Shown here: in pieces, positions 24,632 to 36,690 of the stretch | How positions within the stretch are numbered: the first letter of the stretch is position 1 | How the letters are laid out: every line of letters begins with the position of its first letter | Source: Camelus dromedarius | Lineage: Eukaryota | Assembly: GCF_036321535.1 (NCBI RefSeq) | Contig: NC_087437.1 | Location: 45,138,001-45,202,000 of the forward strand | Length of the DNA: 64,000 bases | Direction of reading: 5' to 3' | Made by a program: the position numbers and the translations under genes | Notes under the pieces: generated by a model | Told to the model about the DNA's origin: nothing | Seen by the model: only the letters and a program-made list of their open reading frames with translations | Database searches by the model: none

Positions 24632-25085
24632 ATGTCAGAGTTTGTTCATTGTTCCCCAAGATACCTTCTCTATTTCTTTCCTTTAAAAAGAGGCTCCTCC
24701 AAGTTTCAGCTGGGCACAGGGCCTACCAGCTGGAGACACATTCTCTCAGACTCCCACGCAGCCATGTTGGCTTCTGACCAAGCCCTGGCCAATGGGGAGG
24801 AAACAAGAATGCTGAGTGTATATTCTGGGCAACGAATTCAACATGGAAACTGCTTGCACTCATTTTCCTCCTTTCATCTTCCACTGGCTAGAAAGGATGA
24901 TCACCAGCCTGACCTCAGCCTTGAGACAGAAGCCACATGTTGAAGATTACAAAGCCACCTTGTCAGCCTGGGGCTGCTCAACTCTGGACTGTTTTCATAA
25001 GAGAGAAATATAATTCTTACTTATTTAAGTCATAGTGTTTTTGCATCTCTTTGTGACAGCATGCTGAGTTTAGCTTATTCTCTAA
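24632..25085 (+). mobile_element. MaLR solo LTR (MLT1J/I-like)
   Basis: 'tttcagctgggcacagggcctaccagct...ctggccaatgggg...gagagaaatataattcttacttatttaagtca...tttgtgacagca'. Confidence 0.8.
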
Positions 25086-25099
25086 GTAAAATAATTACT

Positions 25100-25235
25100 A
25101 CTAACCCATATGTGTCACAGAAGAGTAAACTGACATTCAGAGAAGTTAAGGATTTAGCCCAAGAATATAGAGAAAGGAAGTGGCAAAGTGATGTGTAAAG
25201 AGTAGGATTTCTGATTCCAAAGTCTGTGTAACACA
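25100..25235 (-). mobile_element. MIR
   Basis: 'acagaagagtaaactgacattcagagaagttaaggatttagcccaag...tctgattccaaagtc'. Confidence 0.8.
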
Positions 25236-26249
25236 CGCCTTACTTCCAGGGAGAGAAAGTCTGACACAAGTGCACACGCTCTCAAATGTGATTACAAAGG
25301 CTGGCCTCAAAGTTACTGTTGACTAAAGCCTAGGGCACATGGAAACACTAATTAAGGAATAATTGACTCTTTTCTACTTGTTTGAAAAGGTGGCAAATAT
25401 TGTGCTGGGAACAACTCTAGGGTCACGTTTGGGGCTTTAACCTGGCTCGTAGGTGATAAGGTCATTCTTTCAGTCATTCCACTACATCCATCCGGACGGG
25501 AAGTGTAAAATATTTTGTTACCCTAATGGGAAGTTAGTTCTTAGAAATCACAGTTAAATTCCTCACTCTCAGCCTATAAGCACATGAAGTATCACCAGAG
25601 TGTTAGGAAAGAGACCGATAGAATCTATTTAATTTTTTCAGTAGCCTAATAAGCAAAGTGTCAGGGAAAGAGTTCAGCAGCTAATGTCCCAACTAAGACG
25701 GACTACAAAACCCTTCCACACGGAGGTAGAATAAATCTACACCATGAAGAGCTATTTGGCTATAAAGCAGTGACTTGGAACCAAGGCAGCAATTCTCTCT
25801 CAATCTAAAAAGGAAAAATATTTTGTTCTTACAGTTGATTCAATTAAAAGCAAGCACATGAAATGAAAACGTTAAATTCTCTTCTCCTTGATGCCAGAGC
25901 TGCAGGAAGACACTTAACATGGGCAATATTTCAATCATAAAAATGAATTTGTTTTGTTAGCTATACATTCAGGGGAGATTCCAAACCCACCAAGTGCATT
26001 AGAGTGTCCCAGACGCACATCAGATTCAAAAAGCATGATACACACAGGAGCTTTCGTCAGAGATGTCCTCACTGTCAGACCACTGTCATCAGATAAAGAC
26101 AACAAATGTGCGAGAGGAAGCTAAAGAGTGAAAAAGGAAAACTGAACATTTCTGCTTGCCAGTATATTTACAAGTGATGAGACTGAGCAAAACAAAACCT
26201 AAATAAAAATTAATTTTAAAATTCTGATTTCTTTGTGAAAATTAGATCT

Positions 26250-26430
26250 GTGTAATATAAATGTGTATGTATTGTATGTTAATGTGTGTCTATGTGTGTA
26301 CATATGTGTGTAGATAATGTGTATCTATTTACATTTACACGCATATATACACACACATATGCGTATATAATGTGTGTGTGTCCATGTGTATTTTATCTAC
26401 ACATACACATATATGTGCACACATATAAAT
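26250..26430. repeat. Degenerate (TG)/(CA)/(TA) simple repeat
   Basis: Alternating purine-pyrimidine tract visible directly. Confidence 0.85.
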
Positions 26431-26754
26431 TTAAGGAACTTGGAGGTTAAGTGGGAGTTCTTTTGTTTACTAGTCATAATGATAAAGTGAGAGGAAAACA
26501 GATGTTTCTTCTTTAATTGTTATGTTTAGGTATGATGTTTTTCAGATTCTCTGAATTTTTTCCCTGTTAAGTTTTTAAATCTAAGTGGACCATAGTGTGA
26601 CCTGTACATAGCTGTTTGTTAAGGGTATGGAAGCTCTGTATCAGAGAACAAAGTCACTAAATGTTTTATTAAATGTGCTTTGGCAGAACTCTAAGTATCT
26701 CTCTACGATGGAAATCTGAGGTTAAGAAGAACTAATACAAAATAAAGTCTGTGA

Positions 26755-26895
26755 TTTCTTAATAGCTTTCTTGAGGTATAACTGACACACAACAAACTGC
26801 ATACATTTCAAATGCATAATGTAGGATATGCTGTACATATGGACCTGTAAAACCATCAACACAATCAAGATACTGAAAGCATGCACAACCCCAGT
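26755..26895 (-). mobile_element. L1MB-type 3' end
   Basis: 'aatagctttcttgaggtataactgacacacaacaaactgcatacattt...aaccatcaacacaatcaagata'. Confidence 0.8.
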
Positions 26896-27164
26896 GCCTG
26901 TGAGTTACAGAGAAACAGTGAGTCAAGGGCTTAATGTGAAAATAACAAGCTCAGAGGAAGCCACGTCTTGCCTCTTGTGAAGGAGGGTCCTGTTCCTCCG
27001 TTCCTGCTGATGAAGTTGTGCGAGGGCATTAGAAGGGAGGCCCCTTGGACTCTCAGAGAATGCTTTCCTCCACACTACCCTCCATGACCTTGCCAAAGAC
27101 ACGGCTGAGACAGGAATCCCTTCCCAAGGCCTGGCAAAATCTGAGTATTTACAGAAGTCCAGTG

Positions 27165-27910
27165 AACCCACCAACGAGTTTTCTCCCGCGATGTCTAATC
27201 TGCCATTAGTCCCGTGTAGTGTATTTTTTACTTCAGACGTTGTAATTGTTACTTCCAGGAATTCAAACTGGATCTATTTTTACAGCTTCAACTTATTAAT
27301 TTGACTTTTTGAACACATGGAATACAGTTACAGCAATTTTTTAATGTCTTTGCTGATTCTAACAGCGACGTCAGTTCTCCATCCAATGACTGATTCTCCT
27401 TCCTCCTTCTGAGTTGTGTGTTACTGCTTCTTTGCATGCCTGATGTTCTTTCACTGGATGTCCAATCCAACACTGTGAATTTTACCTTGTTGTGTTAGGG
27501 ATGTGTTTGTATTTCTATTATTCTTTAGCTTTGTTCTGATGTGTGGTTATTTGGATACGGTCTGATACTTTTGGATCTTGCTTTTACTTTAATGTGGGCT
27601 GACTGGAGGCAGAGTTCAGTTGGGGGCTAATTATCCCCCACTACTGAGGCAAGCCAATGCTGCGTGCTCTACTCAGTGCTCTATATTATGATTTTTTGCA
27701 GTCTGGCTGGTTCAAATGGGCACTGTTCTTGGCACTGTAAAAGCCCAGACACTATTCTTTCTCATAACTTCGGATAATTCTTTTCCTAGCCTTAGCTAGT
27801 TACCTCACACATATGCAGTAACCATTAGTCTACTGAATACTCAATGGAGATTCTATACAGATTGCTTCTTTGGTATTTTGTCCTATAAAATCTGGACACC
27901 TTGTTTTCCC
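27165..27910 (-). mobile_element. Ancient L1 (L1M4/5-like) 5' end/ORF1 region
   Basis: 'tgtctaatctgccatta', 'gggctaattatcccccactactgaggcaag', 'cagtctggctggt...ttacctcacacatatgc...tactgaatactc'. Confidence 0.7.
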
Positions 27911-28619
27911 CTGAATTTTTTCCTTGACATACATCTAAGAACATTATATGGTACAGGACGTGGGTTAAGTGATTTAGTAAAATTACTAAAGCATAACAAA
28001 TAGATCAGATTTCCTTATTCCTCAATTACTAAATGATTAAGGATGTTAACAATCATTGCTTAGCTGATTTTTCCTAATTATCTAAACTCATAATCTATTT
28101 TAGCAATAGTTTCCTTTTAATATAACATTATTTTTAATTTCTACTCTCTAAAAATGAGTGCCTCATGATATATGGAAGAAAAGTTGTAATGCTTTTTTTG
28201 ACCCTATGCAATATATTGATTGCCACACTAACCACCAAAACATTTTGCACAGACTTCTACCAGAAAACTACATGAGGTACCACTTCTGTGGATTGACAGA
28301 AACAGATCCATATATTGAGCCTATCTTGTCATTTAATGAGAAGCTCCTTTCTATCCAGGAGGGTGTCAAATTGGTTTCAATCCTGCTAAACACAGACTGA
28401 TGTGAGATCAGCCTACATTTCTGGCTGAGAAAAGGAAATTTCATATTGAAACTATTGGGGTGTGTTGGCATGACTTTAGTAAAAGTTATGCAGCAATATA
28501 ACCCCATATATTGTGGGGAGAATATGCTCAGGGGAAATTCTTGCTGAATTACTAGTACAGGAATCCATTGTGTCTCTGTGTCAAGCATTCACTCTTTCTA
28601 GCAAAAGTGAGGACAGAAA

Positions 28620-28655
28620 ACAGCAGCAACAAAGCAGCAACAACAACAACAACAA
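28620..28655. repeat. (CAG/CAA)n microsatellite
   Basis: 'cagcagcaacaaagcagcaacaacaacaacaacaa'. Confidence 0.9.
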
Positions 28656-28689
28656 AATCTGACTGTGAGATTGTGGATGTCCTTTAAAA

Positions 28690-28900
28690 GCGTTTTGTCT
28701 GGGGTTAAAAAGAATCCAAGAAAATAGGGAACACTTAGAAGATGCACAGCAAAGGTCAAATCATAAGGTGCTGGAAGACAATGAGAATTTTATATATAGG
28801 TATTACATACCAAATGTGGATTTTCAACAAACATTTTATGAAATCCAATAACAATGTGAAGAAGAATCATTTCTGTTGAAGAGAGCAAATAAAATGAATA
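28690..28900 (+). mobile_element. Possible CR1/L3 LINE remnant
   Basis: The + frame reads ENREHLEDAQQRSNHKVLEDN, loosely like the CR1 ORF2 C-terminal motif DIDKLERVQRRATKMIKGLE. One in-frame stop. Confidence 0.3.
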
Positions 28901-30194
28901 TAAATGACATTTTTTCTAGACTGGTAAGTAGAGCATTACATAATTCATCATGAGAGCCACTTTTACAATCCACATAAATGAGTTTTATGATGATAGCAAA
29001 TCAGAGGTATGTGAGAAATATTGTAATCAGAGTCAAAATAATTTTACCATTAACGTCTGGTTTAGTTTACTGATAACTTAAATTTATTGTACTATAGATT
29101 CATAGAGATAAGGAACATACACCATTCAATAAATATTATGAAGAATAAAAGCAAAACTAAGTTGGAAGTCATTGGAGAATAGTCCTTTGATTGTTTGCTT
29201 GGCATAGGTATAAAACTCTGTGTAATGGATCTCATGAGGGCAGAGAGAGAACATAAATGAAAAGCCATCATAATTTACCAAATTGCACCTTGATAAGTTC
29301 CAACATGAGATTTTTTTTTTTTTTTTGGCAATAATAAGATTATTATTACTTTGAAAGTTTACAGTTTAGGACAGGCCGGATGACACCGAGTTATGAGAAG
29401 AAAACTGATGAGAAATAGCTAAGGAAATCAGAAGAGTGACAACAGTAATTGGATTGCTCTCATTGGCTATAAAATTAGAAGACACTTTGAAAGGGTAATA
29501 AACACATGAATTATGTTTTGAGAGATTCAGGCTGGAAGTTATAACACAAACAAAGTTAGAAAAAAAGACCTTGAGGTTGAAATTAATAAAAATTGATCAA
29601 AGTTCTCTGGCATGGTTTTTCTTTTCTGTTATCAAAGAATTTTTACTTATACCTTAATATTAAAGTTAATGCTCTACATTTTAATCAGGCCAAATTACAT
29701 TGATTCCCTAGTTTTGGTGCTTCCTATTAGTTTCCCAAATAGGAAGGAAGAGACAACAATAGGAGAGCAATTGAAGGCTCTGCTTTACATGCTAAATATT
29801 TTAATATTGATAATTGCATTTTGAAAACTAAGACAATGTTATTGTTAATTATCACAGGTTAGAGCTCAAACTATTGCAATTTGCTAATCTGAATACTTCA
29901 GTGACATTTTTATAGTAAGAGTCCATATTGATCTTCCATTTATATTCACCATGGCTCCTTAAATTGCAAGCAACTAATGAAAGGGATGGAGGAATAGCAT
30001 TGATCCTTGATTGAGCAATAAACAATAATTCTTTTCCTTAAGTTCATAAACAGATGCTTTAGAAGGGGGAGCTTTCCCAATCATTTTCCTGGGGAAAGGG
30101 ATAACAACAAACAAAAGAGAAGCCTCCCGAGAGAGGCATGCATCACCATCCTTGTCGATCACTAGCTCACAACTTGAAGGTGGGGGGCACGCCT

Positions 30195-31580
30195 TCTTTA
30201 AATAATTGAATAAATAAGCATTCTTCTAGGTAATGAGAATAAAGCAGTAAAAATAAACAATCTCTGCCCTTATGGGGATTACATTCTACTTTTAGAGACA
30301 GATGTTGAATAAAGTGAAGAAGGAAACTACCGGGGGAGGGTATAGCTCAGAGGTGGAGCACTGCTTAGCATGCACAAGGTCCTAGACTCAGTCCCGAGGA
30401 CCTCCATTAATAAACAAATGAATAAACAGATAGATAAATAAACAAACAAACCAAATTATGTCCCCCCAAAAAAAGTTTTAAAAATTTTAAAAGTTATTTA
30501 AAAAAGAAGGAAACTATATAAAAATGTATATAATGATAAGTACTAAAGAGAAGAACAAAGTTGAAAAGAGGGATGGAAATTGCTGATGTGGAATGGAGAT
30601 TCTAATACAGAAAAGGTAGCAAGGCAGGTCTCACTGAAAAGATCACATTTACTTAAAGAAACATAATTAGTGAAGGAATATATTATGCAGATATCAGGGA
30701 AGAGTAGTCCAGAAAGAGAAATTTAAAAATGTAAAGGCTCTGAGGCAGGAGGTGCTTAGGGTGTTTTTTGAACAGAGATGAGGCCCATGTGGAATAAACA
30801 AGACAGAGTAACAGGAGATAAAGTAAGTTAGGTCCAAAGCTGTCAACTGTATAGAGTTTTACACATCATCATGGACTTCGACTTTCATTGTGAGTGATGT
30901 AAGAGGTCATTCGTAGGTTTCTGGAGTAGAGATGTAACCAGATCTAAGTTACTCTGGCCGCTGAATTTAAAATAGACTGTAAGAAGCATAGTGGAATCAG
31001 GAATACCAGTTAGGAGGCTACTGCTGGAAACTGAGAAAGAGATAAGGATAGCTCGGACTCAAGTAGCAACGTTGGAAGCAGTGTACATGTGACTGAATTT
31101 TAGATGTAATTTAATGATAGAGCCAAAATGATTTACTGACAGATTGAGCCCAGAGCATGTACAAAGTAAAACAGTCAAGAATGACATCAAGTTCTTTGGC
31201 TACATGACAAGGAAAATGGAGCTGTCATTAATCAAGATGCAAAAGACAGAGAGAAGCAGGCTGTGGGGGAAATGATCGGGTAATACTGGCAAGAACATTT
31301 TTGCAGGATTGGACCAGGTTCAAGAAAGAGAGAATGGAGAGCAACTGGAGGAATGGAATCGACTACTTCTTCATGGAAAATTTGCTTTACCAGGAAGGAG
31401 ATGAATAGGACTACTGCTGGCTGTAGAAAGACAGCTGAGGTTGCACTTTGTTGTATTTTAAGATAGGAAATATAACTGAGGATGTGTTTGCAAAGAGAAT
31501 GTCCAGCAGAGTTAAAAATGGTGATTCCAGAGAAGAACAGGACATACTGCTGGAACACCATGACTGATTCAGTCTTTGGG
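30195..31580 (-). mobile_element. L2 remnant, interrupted by a SINE
   Basis: 'tctctgcccttatggggattacattcta', 'aaaggctctgaggcaggagg', 'ccagttaggaggctactg', 'agtcaagaatgacatcaagtt'. Confidence 0.8.
30332..30503 (+). mobile_element. tRNA-derived SINE, camelid vic-1 type
   Basis: Head GGGGGAGGGTATAGCTCAGAGGTGGAGCACTGCTTAGCATGCACAAGGTCCTAGACTCAGTCCCGAGGACCTCCA, an A-rich tail, and a 13-bp TSD AAGAAGGAAACTA at 30317-30329 and 30504-30516. Confidence 0.9.
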
Positions 31581-31964
31581 ATAATCCCCAAAGTAAAACT
31601 GCCACACGTTATACATATTAATCAGCTTATTACATTATAATCTAATTTCCCCAAAATGTGCATGCTAATATTAATATATAATAGTTTAATATTAAAATTA
31701 ACAGCTCAGAGGGGCTAGAAAATTTTCAAACACTACTTGTTTTCCTATTAGCTTTTAGGAAGCAATAAGATAACGCTGAATGGTCAATTTTCTATCGAAA
31801 ATTTTTCCTAGGTTCCGAGTTAAAAAGCAAAAACAAAAACAAAAACAAAACATTAGTTGGTCAAACAAGCATGCCCCCATATTTGGACTGATGGAACCAA
31901 TTTAACCCCAGGCACAAATTAGTCTGGGTAAGCCTGGTTATACTATGGTAATAACATGAATTGG

Positions 31965-32105
31965 CAGTCTTTCATCACCAAATTAATTTATGTTTTGCTC
32001 TCACATGTCCATTATGAGTTGATAATGGCTATTGTCCACTGCTGTCACTTAGGGAGCCAGGTTATCAAAGGCTCCGTCTTGCACGTGTTTCCATGATCAG
32101 TTTGA
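31965..32105 (-). mobile_element. Old MLT1 LTR fragment
   Basis: 'ctcacatgtccattatgagttg...gtcacttagggagccaggtt...tttccatgatc'. Confidence 0.4.
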
Positions 32106-32612
32106 AGAGACTAGTTCAGTGCATCATACTGGCAATTAAGATAATTATTCCAGAAAGTGATACAGATTGTATTTTAAACTGAATGTACAATACTACAATG
32201 AGCCTCAAAAGGAGGAAAATTAAAATCTTAAACAGTCTTAAATGACTACCACAGTTTGGGGCCATCCCTCTATAAAATATTAATTTGGGTTTGTGAAGTT
32301 TAAGAGTGAGTCCTGAAATGAGCCACAAATTCTTTATTCTCATTGGTTACAAGAGTAAATTTAAGTTAATGGATTACAATGACCCATTTAAGCATCAAGT
32401 TGTATCTCTTGATAAATTTCTCTCAATCACCTCTGTATCTCCAACCTGCGTATGGGTACTAACAATTTTATTCTAGAAAGGAATGAACATTTTTGGGTAG
32501 AGTCACTGGAATTTAATGTTATTTTGGAACTCTTCTAAGTTTCATGAAAATCTCTCTTTTGAATTGGATTTGATTCTGGATGTTATCTGACATCGATGTA
32601 TTTGATACATGG

Positions 32613-33188
32613 TTATATCAGTTATTTAGTGCTGTGTGACAAACCGCCACAAAACTCAGCTAATTAAAAGAACATGCATTTAGTATTTTGTAATTTCTGC
32701 GTTTGAAGAGTCTGGCATCTCTTAAATGAGTTCTCTGCTTTAAGGTATCTCACATGGATGCAATCAAGGTGTTTGTTGAAGATTCAACTGGGGAAAGAGC
32801 CACCCTTAAACTCACTGACATGGTTCTTTGGATGATTCAGTTTCTCACAGGCTATTAAGTTGAGGGTCTCAGTTCCTCTCTGGCAATTGGCTAGAGGCCT
32901 TCCTTTGTTCCTTAATACCTAAGTTTCACCAGGCTGCTTCATCAGAGCAAGCAAATGAGAAAGTTCAGAGACAGACAGAGAGACAGATAGACAGACAAGC
33001 AGGCATCAGTACAGAAATGCCAGTCTTTTATAATCTAATCTTTAAAAAGATAACACATCACTTTTGTGATACTTCATTTTGTTAGAAGCAAGTTACTAGG
33101 TCCAGGCCACACTTAAAAGAATTATTCAAGGGCATGGAGAACAGGAGATGGAAATCATTGGGAGCCATTTTAGAAGGCCATCTACCAA
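32613..33188 (-). mobile_element. MaLR solo LTR (MLT1E/F-like)
   Basis: 'tcagttatttagtgctgtgtgacaaaccgccacaaaactcagc...gttagaagcaagttactaggtccaggccacact...tcattgggagccattttagaaggccatctacca'. Confidence 0.85.
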
Positions 33189-33792
33189 AATTATCAATAA
33201 AATATTTATATATTTTGGTATTCAAAGGGTTTCCTCCTAATTTGGAGCACTCCAATTTAAGCCAAAAGTACAAGAGTAGGAAGGGTGGGGGAACCTAGAT
33301 CATTAAAACATAAAAAGCCAGAAGCAAAGATGGTAATTAATTTTTAAACATTATTTAGCACATAAATTTGAAGCAATTATCTTTTTATCTCATATAAAAA
33401 GAAAACTCATATTGTATCCAAACACCAAAATTTTCTAATATCAAAGAAAATCTTACACTAATACTTTACAAGAGTAACCACTTCTCTTCCTGAAATCCCT
33501 TACACTTTAATGAGACAATATAGTGATTCCAACCCAAGGCAAATTTATTGCTACCTAAAACAATAAAGCATGAATACCCTTCATGTATCTATATTATAAA
33601 TTACTGTGTATTCTATTAATTATAATGTAAGAATTTTGTAGTTTTTTAAAAAGGCATTTTCAATAAAAGTAAAATGTCCCTTAAGACAAATCTAGGTTAA
33701 CAGCTTTTAATAAATAGATATACGGGAAAAAAAAAAGCCTCAATGAACAATGATGGAGTGCTTTTTAGTAAGTATTCTGGTATTTGTTAGTA

Positions 33793-33870
33793 TATTCATT
33801 CATCAAGGAAACATTTATTAGACAATTACTAACGAAAGTCATTGTCCTTGGCTCAGAATTAGAGTAATTA
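33793..33870 (-). mobile_element. L2 3' tail
   Basis: 'attcattcatcaaggaaacatttattag'. Confidence 0.5.
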
Positions 33871-34889
33871 AGACTAAGCTTTGGCTACTAGAGACTGCTT
33901 GTTTAGAGAAGAAAATGGAGAAACAACTGTGGTGAAAATTATTGAATGTCCTGATATTGGAAATCCACATGCTATGAAAACAAACAGCAGAATCATCTCA
34001 CCTCCTGTTCTAGTTACAGGGTCAGGATAGCTCAAAGGGCTGGAACGCAGAACCCAAGGCCAAGGAGTATGACAAAGGATACTAAAGAAACAGGCCTTGC
34101 TCAGCTCAACAATGCCCTGCAATCTATAGTCTTAATTACAGTATCTGATATGAAAATAAAGTTCTAACATTGTATTCATTTCATAGGGATTTCCTTGCAC
34201 TTCAGTGACTAGTATGTAAGAATACTAGTCTATTATTTTGAAAAACCTGCATTCCTATGTTTGGCATTAAGCAACAACAAGAGTGGGGCATGTGACATAT
34301 TTTAAAGATACAGATATAATAAAGTGTAGACAAACAGCTAAACTTCTGAGCTCTAACATAAGTTCTAACTCTAAACAATTTTGAATTTATGAGTTGCCAA
34401 TACCAAAGGTATTTTGCTCTTCTGAACTTTAGTCATTTAGTGATCATTTATCCTTTCTTGGAAAAATACCCAGAGAAATACAATTAGTGGTTGGCAATTG
34501 ATTCCTTTCTGTTCTCAATGAGAATGTGGGTCAACAGTTCACTCCCTGTGAAGTATAACTGTTTTGTCTTGTTTTTTTTCTCAAGCAGTATTTCCATAAC
34601 AGTTTCTGCTGTTTCTTTGGAATCAAGATGTCCTTTAACCTTGAGGTTACTTGTTTTGAGAGTCTGCATTTGTGTGCAAATACCCTATTTTGCAATGCAG
34701 AGGTGGTACTAAAACATCTTGCTCTAAAGATCACATTTCAGTGAAAATGACAAAGTTGGTTTATACCTCACCTCTCCCATAAGCTCTATGAAGGATCATA
34801 TTGGATTATATAATTTTTTCCTAAAACCAGGCAATCATCAAAGCAGATGGCATGATTTTTAACCAAAAAAATCATAATACAATTAAAAG

Positions 34890-35050
34890 TTAATTAACAT
34901 AATTCTGCCTCAGTTTATACCTCATCTGAAAAATAAAAATAGGCAGACTCTTTCAAGATATTAAACTGAAACTTAAATAAAATAATATAAATTAAACAAA
35001 TATAATATTGCTTCTACTATATTAGCACTTAATAAATGTTAACTACCTTG
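34890..35050 (+). mobile_element. MIR
   Basis: 'tctgcctcagtttatacctcatctgaaaaata...tagcacttaataaatgttaacta'. Confidence 0.65.
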
Positions 35051-35224
35051 AATTTAGGCCTGGGTTTTAGATACAGCATCTCCTCCTCACAACCCACAAA
35101 CCTATCTATGAAGTTAAGGTAAAAATTTTGAAAAGTGCCTAAAAGTGAAAAGTAGGGTTAAGCACTAATGTATTAACAGAATATAAGAGCAGTCACAACT
35201 AAGTAAACATTCTTAAGAACTGCA

Positions 35225-35625
35225 TTGAAAACTTCAATAACATTTCCATATGACCCAGAAAATCCACATCTAGTTGTTTACCTGAGAGAAAAGAAAAATA
35301 TATACCTGTACAGAGACCTACACACAGCTCCTCATGGACTCTTTATGCCTAGGAGTCAAAACCTGGAAACAACCCAAATGCCCATCAACAGGTGAATGCA
35401 TAGATTGTGGTATGTATATCCAACGGAATACTCCTTACCAGTAAGAAAGAACTACTGATAACATGTAAAATACGGATGAATCTGAAAACACTTTATTGAA
35501 TGAACAAGACCAGGCACAAAAGATAATGCATTATATAAGTCTATTGATATGAAATTCTAAAAATGTCAAATCTAAATTATAGAGTTGGAAGGCATTAGTG
35601 GTTTTCTAAGGCTGAGGATGGGATA
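35225..35625 (+). mobile_element. L1M (MC/MD/ME-type) ORF2 end/3'UTR
   Basis: 'ccatatgacccagaaaatccac...aaacctggaaacaacccaaatgcccatcaacaggtgaatg...gatgaatctgaaaacact'. Confidence 0.85.
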
Positions 35626-35879
35626 TAAACAGTTCTTTGTGTTAAATGCCATCTGTTTTAAATACTTAATGTGACTGCTATTTTTCTGACTGGATCCTGC
35701 CCGAGGAAACAACTGTGTCGAGACATTAGGAAAAAGAACAGCATATTTATTAAGCACGAATAAAGACAAATAAAAAGGAAATGATAAAGATAATAGCAGA
35801 AGTTAGTGGACAAGTATAGAGAATATGAAGCCAAAATATGGCCCTCTGAATAATCTACTGGCAATATTAAGCTAACAAG

Positions 35880-36690
35880 TGAAGTATATTTATATTTTAG
35901 AAATGAAAAAAGAGAATTCATTACAGATTACATACGTAAAAAAGCAAAGATGACATGACTAAAGGCTTCTCTCAAAGAAAACTCCAGGCATAGATTATTT
36001 CACAGATGAATTCCTCTAAACATTTAAGGAAAAATGACATCATGTTTATACCAATTCTACCAGAGAACATTAGGAATGATTTCCGAACTTATGACTTAAT
36101 GTAAACTTGAACTTGAAAAACTTGAGGATCTTATGAAAGAAAGAAAATTACAGGCATATCTCATAAACATACCTACAAAAATCCTAAATGAAAATTAGCA
36201 TGTTAAATCCAGCAATATATGTAATAAATGTACCATGGTCAAATAGTTTTATAAGTATACAAGACTGGATTCACATTTGAAAACTGATTAGTGACATTTT
36301 ATACACTACCAAATGAAATATTAAATCATATGATCATCTCAGTAGATGTATGAAAAGCATTTGTTGAGATATAATGTCCAAATACGACTTAACAACAACA
36401 ACAACAAAAAAAACAAAAAGGAAGAAACAACCTCTTGTAAAACTAGGAATTGGAGACAACTTTCTTAATCTGATAATGATTTTCTATAAAAACAAAATAA
36501 AACTATCAGAAACACTGTACTTTAACAGCAAAATGTTGAAAGCTTTCCTTCCGTGATAAGGAATAAAAAAACTATGTATTCTATAATCACTTATTTTCAT
36601 GATTGAATGTGAGGTCCCAACAGTACAAACATGCTCAAAAAATGAATAAAGTCTATAGACTTTTTAAAGGAAAAAAATACAATTAAAAAA
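35880..36690 (+). mobile_element. Decayed L1 ORF2 reverse-transcriptase region
   Basis: 'aagaaaactccaggcatagattatttcacagatgaattc', 'atcatatgatcatctcagtagatg'. ORF 36374-36556 (KLGIGDNFLNLI...KMLKAF) is L1 RT-like. Confidence 0.8.

Noticed and set aside
30332..30406. tRNA gene
   Set aside because: Degenerate B-box/T-arm, an A-rich tail and a TSD show it is a SINE.
31232..31605. 119-aa and 64-aa minus ORFs
   Set aside because: Within the L2 remnant.
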